Shown: piece after piece, positions 1 to 13,500 of the stretch
Numbering within the stretch: position 1 is the stretch's first letter
Layout: each line of letters opens with the position of its first letter
Assembly: GCA_964016885.1 (NCBI GenBank)
Contig: OZ024744.1
Coordinates: forward strand, 118,048,001 to 118,112,000
Direction: 5' to 3'
Length of the DNA stretch: 64,000 nucleotides
From: Eledone cirrhosa
Taxonomy: Eukaryota
Translations under genes and position numbers: made by a program
The notes under the pieces: generated by a model
What the model saw: the letters and a program-made list of their open reading frames with translations, nothing else
Database searches by the model: none
Told to the model about the DNA's origin: nothing

Positions 1-1760
1 ACATTTACATTACTCTATATATACTATTGTATTTTCACAGTAAAGACTTTACCTCACATAATATCTCACATAACATTTACATTACTCTATATATACTATT
101 GTATTTTCACAGTAAAGGCTTTACCTCACATAATATCTCACATAACATTTACATTACTCTATATATACTATTGTATTTTCACAGTAAAAGCTTTACCTCA
201 CATAATATCTCACATAACATTTACATTACACTATATATACTATTGTATTTTCACAGTAAAGACTTTACCTCACATAATATCTCACATAACATTTACATTA
301 CACTATATGTACTATTGTATTTTCACAGTAAAGACTTTACCTCACATAACATTTACATTACTCTATATATACTATTGTATTTTCACAGTAAAGGCTTTAC
401 CTCACATAATATCTCACATAACATTTACATTACTCTATATATACTATTGTATTTTCACAGTAAAAGCTTTACCTCACATAATACCTCACATAACATTTAC
501 ATTACACTATATATACTATTGTATTTTCACAGTAAAGGCTTTACCTCACATAATATCTCATAACATTTACATTACTCTATATATACTATTGTATTTTCAC
601 AGTAAAGGCTTTACCTCACATAATATCTCACATAACATTTACATTACTCTATATATACTATTGTATTTTCACAGTAAAAGCTTTACCTCACATAATACCT
701 CACATAACATTTACATTACACTATATATACTATTGTATTTTCACAGTAAAGGCTTTACCTCACATAATATCTCATAACATTTACATTACTCTATATATAC
801 TATTGTATTTTCACAGTAAAGGCTTTACCTCACATAATATCTCACATAACATTTACATTACTCTATATATACTATTGTATTTTCACAGTAAAAGCTTTAC
901 CTCACATAATACCTCACATAACATTTACATTACACTATATATACTATTGTATTTTCACAGTAAAGGCTTTACCTCACATAATATCTCATAACATTTACAT
1001 TACTCTATATATACTACTGTATTTTCACAGTAAAGGCTTTACCTCACACAATATCTCACATAACATTTACATTACTCTATATATACTGTTGTATTTTCAC
1101 AGTAAAGGCTTTACCTCACACAATATCTCACATAACATTTACATTACTCTATATATACTATTGTATTTTCACAGTAAAGGCTTTACCTCACATAATATCT
1201 TACATAACATTTACATTACTTTATATATACTATTGTATTTTCACAGTAAAGGCTTTACCTCACATAATATCTCACATAACATTTACATTACTCTATATAT
1301 ACTGTTGTATTTTCACAGTAAAGGCTTTACCTCACATAATATCTCACATAACATTTACATTACTCTATATATACTATTGTATTTTCACAGTAAAGGCTTT
1401 ACCTCACATAACAGCTCACATAACATTTACATTACTCTATATATACTATTGTATTTTCACAGTAAAGGCTTTACCTCACACAATATCTCACATAACATTT
1501 ACATTACTCTATATATACTGTTGTATTTTCACAGTAAAGGCTTTACCTCACATAATATCTTACATAACATTTACATTTCTCTATATATACTATTGTATTT
1601 TAACAGTAAAGGTTTCACCTCACATAATATTTACATTATTCTATATATACTATTGTATTTTCACAGTAAAGGCTTTACCTCACATAACAGCTCACATAAC
1701 ATTTACATTACTCTATATATACTGTTGTATTTTCACAGTAAAGGCCTTACCTCACACGAT
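1..1760 (+). repeat. 72-bp tandem array (60-bp deletion variants), cut by the window start
   Basis: Unit acatttacattactctatatatactattgtattttcacagtaaaggctttacctcacataatatctcacata; 24-aa periodicity in the ORF track. Confidence 0.97.
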
Positions 1761-1884
1761 ATCAAATCTATGAGATTTTGACGTTATTTATTTTGAAAAC
1801 AATACCTTAACATCAGTATGAGTGGTTGGTTATAGCCCAGTTTTAACAAAGTGTTAAGGACTCTGGCAATCAACATATGGTTTT

Positions 1885-4800
1885 ATGGTCAGTCCTACTG
1901 TGTGATAACTTGGACAGTGTTTACTGTAGCTTCAGGTTGACTAATATCTTGTGGTCAGTCCTACTGTGTGGTACCTTGGACAGGTTGACCAATGTCTTGT
2001 GGTCAGTCCTACTGTGTGGTACCTTGGACAGTGTCTCCTGTAGCCTTAGGTTGACCAATGTCTTGTCAGTCATACTGTAGCCTTAGGTTGACCAATGTCT
2101 TGTGGTCAGTACTACTGTGTGGTACCTTGCACAGTGTCTGCTGTAGCCTTAGGTTGACCAATGTCTTGTGGTCAGTCCTACTGTGTGGTACCTTGGACAG
2201 TGTCTACTGTAGCCTTAGGTTGACCAATGTCTTGTGGTCAGTCCTACTGTGTGGTACCTTCGACAGTGTCCACTGTAGCTTTAGGTTGACCAATGTCTTG
2301 TAGTCAGTCCTACTGTCTGGAACCTTGGACATTCTCTACTTTAGCCTTAGGTTGACCAATGTCTTGTGGTCAGTCCCACTGTGTGGTACCTTGGACAATG
2401 TCTACTGTAGCCTCAGGTTGACCAATGTCTTGTGGTCAGTCCTACTGTGTGGTACCTTGGAGAGTGTCCACTGTAGCCTCAGGTTGACCAATGTCTTGTG
2501 GTCAGACTACTGTGTGGTACCTTGGACAGTGTCTACTGTAGCCTTAGGTTGACCAATGTGTTGTGGTCAGTCCTACTGTGTGGTACCTTGGACAGTGTCT
2601 ACTGTAGTCTTAGGTTGACCAATGTCTTGTGGTCAGTCCTACTGTACCAAGGACTGTCTACTGTAGTCTTAGGTTGACCAACGTCTTGTGGTCAATCCTA
2701 CTGTGTGGTACCTTAGGCAGTGTCTACTGTAACCTTAGGTTGACCAATGTCTTCTAGTCAGTCTACTGTACCTTGGACAGTGTCTACTCTAGCCTTAGGT
2801 TGACCAACGTCTTGTGGTCAATCCTACTGTGTGGTTGCTAGGACAGTGTCCAATGTAGCCTTAGGTTAACCAATGTCTTGTGGTCAGCCCTACTGCGTGG
2901 TACCTTCGACAGTCTACTGTAGCCTTAGGTGACCAATGTCTTGTGGTCAGACCTACTGTGTGGTATGTTAGACAGTGTCTACTGTAGCCTTAGGTTGACC
3001 AATGTCTTGTGGTCAGTCCTAATGTGTGGTACCTTGGACAGTCTCTACTGTAACCTTAGGTTGACCAATGTCTTGTGGTCAGTCCTACTGTGTGGTATGT
3101 TAGACAGTGTCTACTGTAGCCTTAGGTTGACCAATGTCTTGTGGTCAGTCCTAATGTGTGGTACCTTGGACAGTCTCTACTGTAACCTTAGGTTGACCAA
3201 TGTCTTGTGGTCAGTCCTACTGTGTGGTATGTTAGACAGTGTCTACTGTAGCCTTAGGTTGACCAATGTCTTGTGGTCAGTCCTAATGTGTGGTACCTTG
3301 GACAGTCTCTACTGTAACCTTAGGTTGACCAATGTCTTGTGGTCAGTCCTACTGTGTGGTATGTTAGACAGTGTCTACTGTAGCCTTAGGTTAACCAATG
3401 TCTTGTGGTCAGCCCTACTGCGTGGTACCTTCGACAGTCTACTGTAGCCTTAGGTGACCAATGTCTTGTGGTCAGTCCTACTGTGTGGTATGTTAGACAG
3501 TGTCTACTGTAGCCTTAGGTTGACCAATGTGTTGTGGTCAGTCCTACTGCGTGGTACCTTCGACAGTCTACTGTAGCCTTAGGTGACCAATGTCTTGTGG
3601 TCAGTCCTACTGTGTGGTATGTTAGACAGTGTCTACTGTAGCCTTAGGTTGACCAATGTCTTGTGGTCAGTCCTAATGTGTGGTACCTTGGACAGTCTCT
3701 ACTGTAACCTTAGGTTGACCAATGTCTTGTGGTCAGTCCTACTGTGTGGTATGTTAGACAGTGTCTACTGTAGCCTTAGGTTGACCAATGTCTTGTGGTC
3801 AGTCCTAATGTGTGGTACCTTGGACAGTCTCTACTGTAACCTTAGGTTGACCAATGTCTTGTGGTCAGTCCTACTGTGTGGTATGTTAGACAGTGTCTAC
3901 TGTAGCCTTAGGTTGACCAATGTCTTGTGGTCAGTCCTACTGTGTGGTACCTTGGACAGTGTCTACTGTAGCCTTAGGTTGACCAATGTCTTGTGGTCAG
4001 TCCTAATGTGTTGTACCTTGGACAGTCTCTACTGTAACCTTAGGTTGACCAATGTCTTGTGGTCAGTCCTACTGTGTGGTATGTTAGACAGTGTCTACTG
4101 TAGCCTTAGGTTAACCAATGTCTTGTGGTCAGCCCTACTGCGTGGTACCTTCGACAGTCTACTGTAGCCTTAGGTGACCAATGTCTTGTGGTCAGTCCTA
4201 CTGTGTGGTATGTTAGACAGTGTCTACTGTAGCCTTAGGTTGACCAATGTGTTGTGGTCAGTCCTACTGTGTGGTACCTTCGATAGTCTCTACTGTAGCC
4301 TTAGTTTGACCGTCTTGTGGTCAGTCCTACTTTGTGGTACCTAGGAGAGTCTACTTTAGCATAAGGTTGACCAGTGCCCTGTGGTCAGTCCTACTGTGTG
4401 GTACCTTCGACAGTCTCTACTGTAGCCTTAGGTTGACCAATGTCTTGTGGTCAGTCCTACTGTGTGGTACCTTGGACAGTGTCTACTGTAGCCTTAGGTT
4501 GACCAATGTCTTGTGGTCAGTCCTACTGTGTGGTACCTTCGACAACTGTCTACTGTAGCCTTAGGTTGACCAATGTCTTGTGGTCAGTCCTACTGTGTGG
4601 TACCTTGGACAGTGTCTACTGTAGCCTTAGGTTGACCAACGTCTTGTGGTCAGTCCTACTGTGTGGTACCTTGGACAGTGTCTACTGTAGCCTTAGGTTG
4701 ACCAATGCCTTGTGGTCAGTCCTACTGTGTGGTACCTTGGACAGTGTCTACTGTAACCTTAGGTTGACCAATGTCTTGTGGTCAGTCCTACTGTGTGGTA

Positions 4801-7800
4801 TGTTAGACAGTTTCTACTGTAGCCTTAGGTTGACCAACGTCTTGTGGTCAATCCTACTGTGTGGTACCTTGGACAGTGTCTACTGTAGCCTTAGGTTGAC
4901 CAATGTGTTGTGGTCAGTCCTGTGTGCTACCTTGGACAGTGTCTACTGTAGCCTCAGGTTGACCAATGTCTTGTGGTCAGTCCTACTGTGTGGTATGTTA
5001 GACAGTGTCTACTGTAGCCTTAGGTTGACCAATGCCTTGTGGTCAGTCCTACTGTGTGGTATGTTAGACAGTGTCTACTGTAGCCTTAGGTTGACCAATG
5101 CCTTGTGGTCAGTCCTACTGTGTGGTATGTTAGACAGTGTCTACTGTAGCCTTAGGTTGACCAATGCCTTGTGGTCAGTCCTACTGTGTGGTACCTTGGA
5201 CAGTGTCTACTGTAACCTTAGGTTGACCAATGTCTTGTGGTCAGTCCTACTGTGTGGTATGTTAGACAGTTTCTACTGTAGCCTTAGGTTGACCAATGCC
5301 TTGTGGTCAATCCTACTGTGTGGTACCTTGGACAGTGTCTACTGTAGCCTTAGGTTGACCAATGTGTTGTGGTCAGTCCTGTGTGCTACCTTGGACAGTG
5401 TCTACTGTAGCCTCAGGTTGACCAATGTCTTGTGGTCAGTCCTACTGTGTGGTATGTTAGACAGTGTCTACTGTAGCCTCAGGTTGACCAATGTCTTGTG
5501 GTCAGTCCTACTGTGTGGTACCTTGGACTGTTTACTGTAGTCTTAGGTTGACCAATGTCTTGTGGTCAGTCCTACTGTGTGGTACCTTGGACAGTGTCTA
5601 CTGTAGCCTTAGGTTAACCAATGTCTTGTGGTCAGTCCTACTGTGTGGTACCTTGGACAGTGTCTACTGTAGCCTTAGGTTGACCAACGTCTTGTGGTCA
5701 GTCCTACTGTGTGGTACCTAGGAGAGTCTCTACTTTAGCATAAGGTTGACCAGTGCCCTGTGGTCAGTCCTACTGTGTGGTACCTTCGACAGTCTCTACT
5801 GTAGCATTAGGTTGACCAATGTATTGTGGTCAGTCCTACTGTGTGGTACCTTCGACAGTGTCTGCTCTAGCCTCAGGTTGACCAATGTCTTGTGGTCAGT
5901 CCTACTGTGTGGTACCTTGGACTGTCTACTGTAGCCTTAGGTTGACCAATGTCTTGTGGTCAGTCCTACTGTGTGGTATGTTAGACAGTGTCTACTGTAG
6001 CCTTAGGTTGACCAATGTCTTGTGGTCAGTCCTGTGTGGTACCTTGGACAGTATCTACTGTAGCCTTAGGTTGACCAATGTCTTGTGGTCAGTCCTGTGT
6101 GGTACCTTGGACAGTATCTACTGTAGCCTTAGGTTGACCAATGTCTTGTGGTCAGTCCTGTGTGGTACCTTGGACAGTATCTACTGTAGCCTTAGGTTGA
6201 CCAATGTCTTGTGGTCAGTCCTGTGTGGTACCTTGGACAGTATCTACTGTAGCCTTAGGTTGACCAATGTCTTGTGGTCAGTCCTGTGTGGTACCTTGGA
6301 CAGTATCTACTGTAGCCTTAGGTTGACCAATGTATTGTGGTCAGCCCTACTGTGTGGTACCTTTGATAGTCTCTACTGTAGCCTTAGGTTGACCAATGTC
6401 TTGTGGTCAGATTACTGTGTGGTACCTTAGACAATGTCTACTGTAGCCTTCGGTTGACCAATGTCTTGTGGTCAGTCCTACTTTGCGGTACCTAGGACAG
6501 TCTCTACTTTAGCATAAGGTTGACCAGTGTCCTGTGGTCAGTCCCACCATACCCTGGACAGTGTATACTGTAGTCTTAGGTTGACCAATGTCTTGTGGTC
6601 AGTCTGTGTGGTACCTTGGAGTCTACTGTAGTCTCAGGTTAAACAATGTCTTGCGGTCAGTCCTTCTGTACCTTGGACAGTGTCTACTGTAGCCTTAGGT
6701 TGACCAATGTCTTGTGGTCAGTCCTACTGTGTGGTACCTTGGACAGTGTAAACCCTAGTCTTACGTTGACCAATGTCATGTTAATCCTACTGTACCATGG
6801 ACAGTGTCTACTGTAACCTTAAGTAGACCAATGTCTTGTGGTCAATTGTACTGTACCTTGGACAGTGTATACTCTAGTCTTAGTTTGACCAATGTCTTGT
6901 GGTCAGTCCCACTGTGTGGTACCTTGGACAGTGTCTACTGTAGCCTTAGGTTAACCAATGTCTTGTGGTCAGACTACTGTGTGGTACCTTAGACACTGTC
7001 TACTGTAGCCTTAGGTTGACCAACGTCTTGTGGTCAGTACTACTGTGTGGTACCTTAGGCAGTGTCTACTGTAGCCTTAGGTTGACCAATGTATTGTGGT
7101 CAGTCCTACTGTGTGGTATGTTGGACAGTGTCTACTCTAGCCTCAGGTTGACCAACGTCTTGTGGTCAATCCTACTGTGTGGTACCTTGGACAGTGTCCA
7201 CTGTAGCCTTAGGTTGACCAATGTCTTGTGGTCAGTCCTACTGTGTGGTATGTTAGACTGTCTACTCTAGCGTCAGGTTGACCAACGTCTTGTGGTCAAT
7301 CCTACTGTGTGGTATCTTGGACAGTGTCTACTGTAGCCTTAGGTTGACCAATGTCTTGTGGTCAGTCCTACTTTGTGGTACCTAGGACACTCAACCTTAG
7401 CATAAGGTTGACCAGTGTCCTGTGGTCAGTCCCACCATACCCTGGACAGTGTATACTGTAGTCTTAGGTTGACCAATGTCTTGTGGTCAGTCTGTGTGGT
7501 ACCTTGGACAGTCTCTACTGTAGCCTTAGGTTGACCAATGTCTTGTGGCCAGTCCTGCTGTGTGGTATGTTAGACAGTGTCTACTGTAGCCTTAGGTTGA
7601 CCAATGTCTTGTGGTCAGTCCTACTGTGTGGAACCTTGGACATTCTCTACTTTAGCCTTAGGTTGACCAATGTCATGTGGTCCGTCCTACTGTACCTAGG
7701 ACAGTGTCTACTGTAGCCTTAGGTTGACCAATGTCTTGTGGTCAGTCCTACTGTGTGGTACCTAGGTCGTTGTCTACTATAGTCTTAGGTTGACCAATGT

Positions 7801-9293
7801 CTTGTGGTCAGTCCTACTGTGTGGTACCTTGGACAGTGTAAACCCTAGTCTTACGTTGACCAATGTAATGTTAATCCTACTGTACCATGGACTGTCTACT
7901 GTAGCCTTAAGTAGTTCAATGTCTTGTGGTCAATTGTACTGTACCTTGGACAGTGTATACCCTAGTCTTAGGTTGACCAATGTATTGCGGTCAGTCCTAC
8001 TGTGTGTACTGTAGCCTTAGGTTGACCAATGTCTTGTGGTCAGTCCTACTGAGTGGTACCTTGGACAATGTCTACTGTAGCCTATGGTTGACCAATGTCT
8101 TGTGGTCAGACTACTGTGTGGTACCTTAGACACTGTCTACTGTAGCCTTAGGTTGACCAATGTCTTGTGGTCAGTCCTACTGTACCAAGGACAGTGTCTA
8201 CTGTAGTCTTAGGTTGACCAATGTCTTGTGGTCAGTCCTACTGTACCAAGGACATTGTCTACTGTAGCCTTAGGTTGACCAACGTCTTGTGGTCAGTACT
8301 ACTGTGTGGTACCTTAGGCAGTGTCTACTGTAACCTTAGGTTGACCAATGTCTTGTGGTCAGTCTACTGTACCTTGGACAGTCTCTACTCTAGCCTCAGG
8401 TTGACCAACGTCTTGTGGTCAATCCTACTGTGTGGTACCTAGGACAGTGTCCACTGTAGCCTTAGGTTAACCAATGTCTTGTGGTCAGCCCTACTGTGTG
8501 GTACCTTCGACAGTCTCTACTGTAGCCTTAGGTTGACCAATGTCTTGTGGTCAGCCCTACTGTGTGGTATGTTAGACAGTGTCTACTGTAGCCTTAGGTT
8601 GACCAATGTCTTGTGGTCAATCCTACTGTGTGGTACCTTCGACAGTCTCTACTGTAGCCTTAGGTTAACAAATGTCTTGTGGTCAGTCCTACTGTGTGGT
8701 ACCTTGGACAGTGTCTACTGTAGTCTTAGGTTGACCAATGTCTTGTGGTCAGTCTGTGTGGTACCTTGGACAGTCTCTACTGTAGCCTCAGGTTGACCAA
8801 TGTCTTGAGGTCAGTCCTACTGTACCTAGGTCAGTATCTACTGTAGCCTTAGGTTGACCAATGTATTGTGGTCAGTCCTACTGTGTGGTTCCTTCGACAG
8901 TCTCAACTGTAGCCTTAGGTTGACCAATGTCATGTGGTCAGACTACTGTGTCGTACCTTGGACAGTGTCTACTGTAGCCTTCGGTTGACCAATGTCTTGT
9001 GGTCAGTCCTACTGTGTGGTACCTAGGACAGTCTCTACTTTAGCATAAGGTTGACCAGTGTCCTGTGGTCAGTCCCACCATACCCTGGACAGTGTATACT
9101 GTAGCCTTAGGTCGACCAATGTCTTGTGGCCAGTCCCACTGTGTGGTACCTTGGACAATGTCTACTGTAGCCTTAGGTTGACCAATGTCTTCTGGTCAGA
9201 TTACTGTGTGATACCTTAGACAGTGTCTGCTGTAGCCTAAGGTTGACCAATGTCTTGTGGTCAGTCCTACTTCTACCTTGGACAGTGTCTACA
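1885..9293. repeat. 66-bp tandem array (~110 units), probably SINE-derived
   Basis: Unit gtggtcagtcctactgtgtggtaccttggacagtgtctactgtagccttaggttgaccaatgtctt; 22-aa periodicity. Confidence 0.97.
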
Positions 9294-9413
9294 GTTGGCC
9301 AGTCACAAACTGCAGTAATCTGTTGTAATATTTAAGTGCCTATGCATATGCCCTGTGACTTACCAGTTTGACAAAAACTGAATTAGAAAACTACTTGTCT
9401 TGCTAGTTAAATA

Positions 9414-9848
9414 CACTACCTTGATATAGTCTACCATATCAACCTCAGTACTGTTTTACTGGTGTCAGTCATTAGACTGTAGCCATACTGGGGCACTACC
9501 TTGATATAGTCTACCATATCAACCTCACTACTGTTTTACTGGTGTCAGTCATTAGAGTGTGGCCATACTGGGGCACTACCTTGATATAGTCTACCATATC
9601 AACCTCACTACTGTTTTACTGGTGTCAGTCATTAGAGTGTGGCCATACTGGGGCACGGCCTTGATATAGTCTACCATATCAACCTCAGTACTGTTTTACT
9701 GGTGTCAGTCATTAGAGTGTGGCCATACTGGGGCACTACCTTGATATAGTCTACCATATCAACCTCAGTACTGTTTTACTGGTGTCAGTCATTAGAGTGT
9801 GGCCATACTGGGGCACTACCTTGATATCGTCTATCATATCAACCTCAT
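9414..9848. repeat. 80-bp tandem array (~5.4 units)
   Basis: The unit start (cactaccttgata...) recurs at 9414, 9494, 9574, 9654, 9734 and 9814. Confidence 0.95.
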
Positions 9849-10369
9849 TGACTGACTGTATTTAGTGCTAGTACTAGTATCTGTTAACATTGACTGACTG
9901 TATCTGTTCATAAGTAAGTGAAATATTATTTAGTGTTATACAGTATAGATTTTAACTTAATCAAAAATCATATAAAATCTTAGATTCTGTTTGATCTTTT
10001 AGAACTGATTAAAGATAGTTATTTTAGAATTATTCAATTGGAGTATACTTGCCACAGCTGCTACTATCACCATTTATGTAGCTGATACCATATCAGTTGT
10101 CTATGTGAGTGTTCTGTGTTGTGTTTTGCAAAGGTGGACTATCTAAAAGTATATATATGTATATAAAAAAAAACATGTATTTAAATATTTAATATTTTAC
10201 TAAAATAATCCAAAGAAATTCAGATAAGAAAAATATAATTTTATTGAAAGAGAATCTTTTCATGAAAAAAAAGGGACAGCTGTGTGGTTAAAGATTCATT
10301 TCAGAACTACATGTTTCAGTCTCTACAATATTCTTCCTCCATTTATTCCTGAGAGGGGTGTGGGGCTAT

Positions 10370-10505
10370 AGTCCTCAAACACTCCTTCCAGCAGATCCTG
10401 TCAGGAAAAACCATCACCAACTGATCCAGCTGGATGCCCCTGTGAGACCAGCTAAGCTCATGGATGTTATCCAACCATCTTACTCAAGGTCTACCCATAA
10501 AATCT
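10370..10505 (-). mobile_element. RTE-type LINE 3' coding remnant adjoining the 64-bp array
   Basis: The reverse complement reads GRP*VRWLDNIHELSWSHRGIQLDQLVMV, homologous to the + strand copy at 45185-45360 (GRSRSRWLDKIHELGWSCLGIQLDQLEVV). Confidence 0.75.
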
Positions 10506-10509
10506 GTCC

Positions 10510-13500
10510 AGTGATTCTTTCCTGAGACATTCTAACCACATGTCATAGTATCAGAGCTGTGATCTCTCAATTCAGAGATTCTTTCCTGAGATATTCCAAC
10601 CACATGTCATAGTATCAGAGCTATGATCTCCCAATTCAGAGATTCTTTCCTGAGACATTCTAACTACATGTCATAGTATCAGAGCTGTGGTCTCTCAATT
10701 CAGAGATTCTTTCCTGAGACATTCAAACCACATGTCATAGTATCAGAGCTGTGATCTCTCAATCCAGTGTTTCTTTCCTCAGACGTTCTAATCATATGTC
10801 TGTAGTATCAGAGCTGTCATGCTTCAATTTAGATATTCTTTCCTGAGATATTCCAACCACATGTCATTGAATGAGAGCTTTGATCTCTCAATTCAGAGAT
10901 TCTTTTTCTGAGACATTCTAACCACATGTCATAGTATCACAGCTGTGATCTGATAATACAGAGATTCTTTCCTGAGACATTCTAACCACATGTCATAGTA
11001 TCACAGCTGTGATCTGACAATACAGAGATTCTTTCCTGAGACATTCCAACCACATGTCCATAGTATCAGAGGTGTGATCTCTGATTCAGTGATTCTTTCC
11101 TGAGACATTTTAACCACATGTCCATAATATCAGAGCTGTGATCACACAATTCAGAGATTCTTTCCTGAGACATTCCAACCACATGTCCATAGTATCAGAG
11201 GTGTGATCTCTGATTCAGTGATTCTTTCCCGAGACATTTTAACCACATGTCCATAATATCAGAGCTGTGATCACACAATACAGAGATTCTTTCCTGAGAC
11301 ATTCCAACCACATGTCCATAGTATCAGAGGTGTGATCTCTGATTCAGTGATTCTTTCCTGAGACATTTTAACCACATGTCCATAATATCAGAGCTGTGAT
11401 CACACAATTCAGAGATTCTTTCCTCAGACATTCTAACCACATGTCATTGTATGAGTGCTGTGAACTCTCAAGTCAGAGATTCTTTTTCCGAGACATTCTA
11501 ACCACATGTCCATAGTATCAGAGCTATGATCTCTCAATTCAGAGATTCTTTCCTGAGACATTCTAACCACATGTCTGTAGTATCAGAGCTGTGATCTCTC
11601 AATTCAGAGATTGTTTCCTGAGACATTCTAACATGTCATAGTATCGGAGCTGTGATCTCTCAATTCAGTGATTCTTTCCCCGAGACATTCTAACCACATG
11701 TATGTAGTATCAGAGCTGTGATCTCTCAATTTAGAGATTCTTTCCTGAGACATTCTAACCACATGTCATAGTAACAGAGCTGTGATCTCTCAATTCAGAG
11801 ATTCTTTCCTGAGACATTCTAACCACATGTCTGTAGTATCAGAGCTGTGATCTCTCAATTCAGTGATTCTTTGCCGAGACATTCTAACCACATGTAGTAT
11901 CAGAGCTGTGATCTCTCAATTTAGAGATTCTTTCCTGAGAGATTCTATCCACATGTCATAGTATCAGAGCTGTGATCTCTCAATTCAGAGATGCTTTCCT
12001 GAGACATTCTAACCACATGTCATAGTATCAGAGCTGTGATCTCTCAATTCAGAGATTCTTTCCTGAGACATTTTAACCACATGTCATAGTATTAGAGCTG
12101 TGACCTGTTAATTCAGAGATTCTTTCCTGAGACATTCTAACCACATGTCTGTAGTATCAGAGCTGTGATTTCTCAATTCAGAGATTCTTTCCTGAGACAT
12201 TCTAACCACATGTCATAGTATCAGAGTTGTGATCTCTCCATTCAGAGATTCTTTCGTGAGACATTCTATCCACATGTCCATAGTATCAGAGTTGTGATCT
12301 CTCAATTCAGAGATTCTTTCCTGAGACATTCTAATCAGATGTCATAGTATCAGAGCTGTGATCTCTCAATTCAGAGATTCTTTCCTGAGACATTCTAACA
12401 TGTCATAGAATCGGAGCTGTGATCTCTCAATTCAGTGATTCTTTGCTGAGACATTCTAACCACATGTATGTAGTATCAGAGCTATGATCTCTCAATTTAG
12501 AGATTCTTTCCTGAGAGATTCTATCCACATGTCATAGTATCAGAGCTGTGATCTCTCAATTCAGAGATTCTTTCCTGAGACATTCTAACCAGATGTCATA
12601 GTATTAGAGCTGTGATCTCTCAATTCAGTGATTCTTTCCTGAGACATTCTAACCAATTGTCCACATTATCAGAGGTGTGATCTCTCAATTCAGAGATTCT
12701 TTCCTGAGACATTTTAACCACGTCATAGTATCAGAGCTGTGACCTGTTAATTCAGAGATTCTTTCCTGAGACATTCTAACCACATGTCTGTAGTATCAGA
12801 GTTGTGATCTCTCAATTCAGAGATTCTTTCCTGAGACATTCTAACCAGATGTCATAGTATTAGAGCTGTGATCTCTCAATTCAGTGATTCTTTCCTGAGA
12901 CATTCTAACCAATTGTCCACATTATCAGAGGTGTGATCTCTCAATTCAGAGATTCTCTCCTGAGACATTCTAACCATATGTTATAGTATCCGAACTGTGT
13001 TCTCTCAATTCAGAGATTCTTTCCTGAGACATTCTAACCACATGTCATAGTATCAGAGCTGTGATCTCTCAATTCAGAGATTTTTTTCCTGAGATATTCT
13101 AACCACATGTCATATTATCAGAGTTGTGATGTCTCATTTTAGTGATTCTTTCTTCAGACATTCTAACCACATGTCATTGTATCAGAGCTGTGACCTCTTA
13201 ATAAAGAAATTATTTCCTGAGACATTCGAACCACATGTCAGTAGTATCAGAGCTGTGATCTCTCAATTCAGAGATTCTTGCCTCAGACATTCTAACCACA
13301 TGTCATAGTATCAGAGCTGTGATTTCACAATTCAGAGCTTCTTTCCTGAGATATTCTAACTCCATGTCCATAGTATCAGAGCTGTGATCTCTCAATTCAG
13401 AGATTCTTGCCTCAGACATTCTAACCACATGTCCATAGTATCAGAGTTGTGATCTCTCAATCCAGTGATTCTTTCCTGAGACATTCTAACCACATGTCAT

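Noticed and set aside
27-8796. Repeat ORFs (YFHSKGFTSHN..., LWSVLLCGTLD...) as proteins
   Set aside because: They arise from 72- and 66-bp periodicity. Indels break the frames at random and there is no splice or codon evidence.
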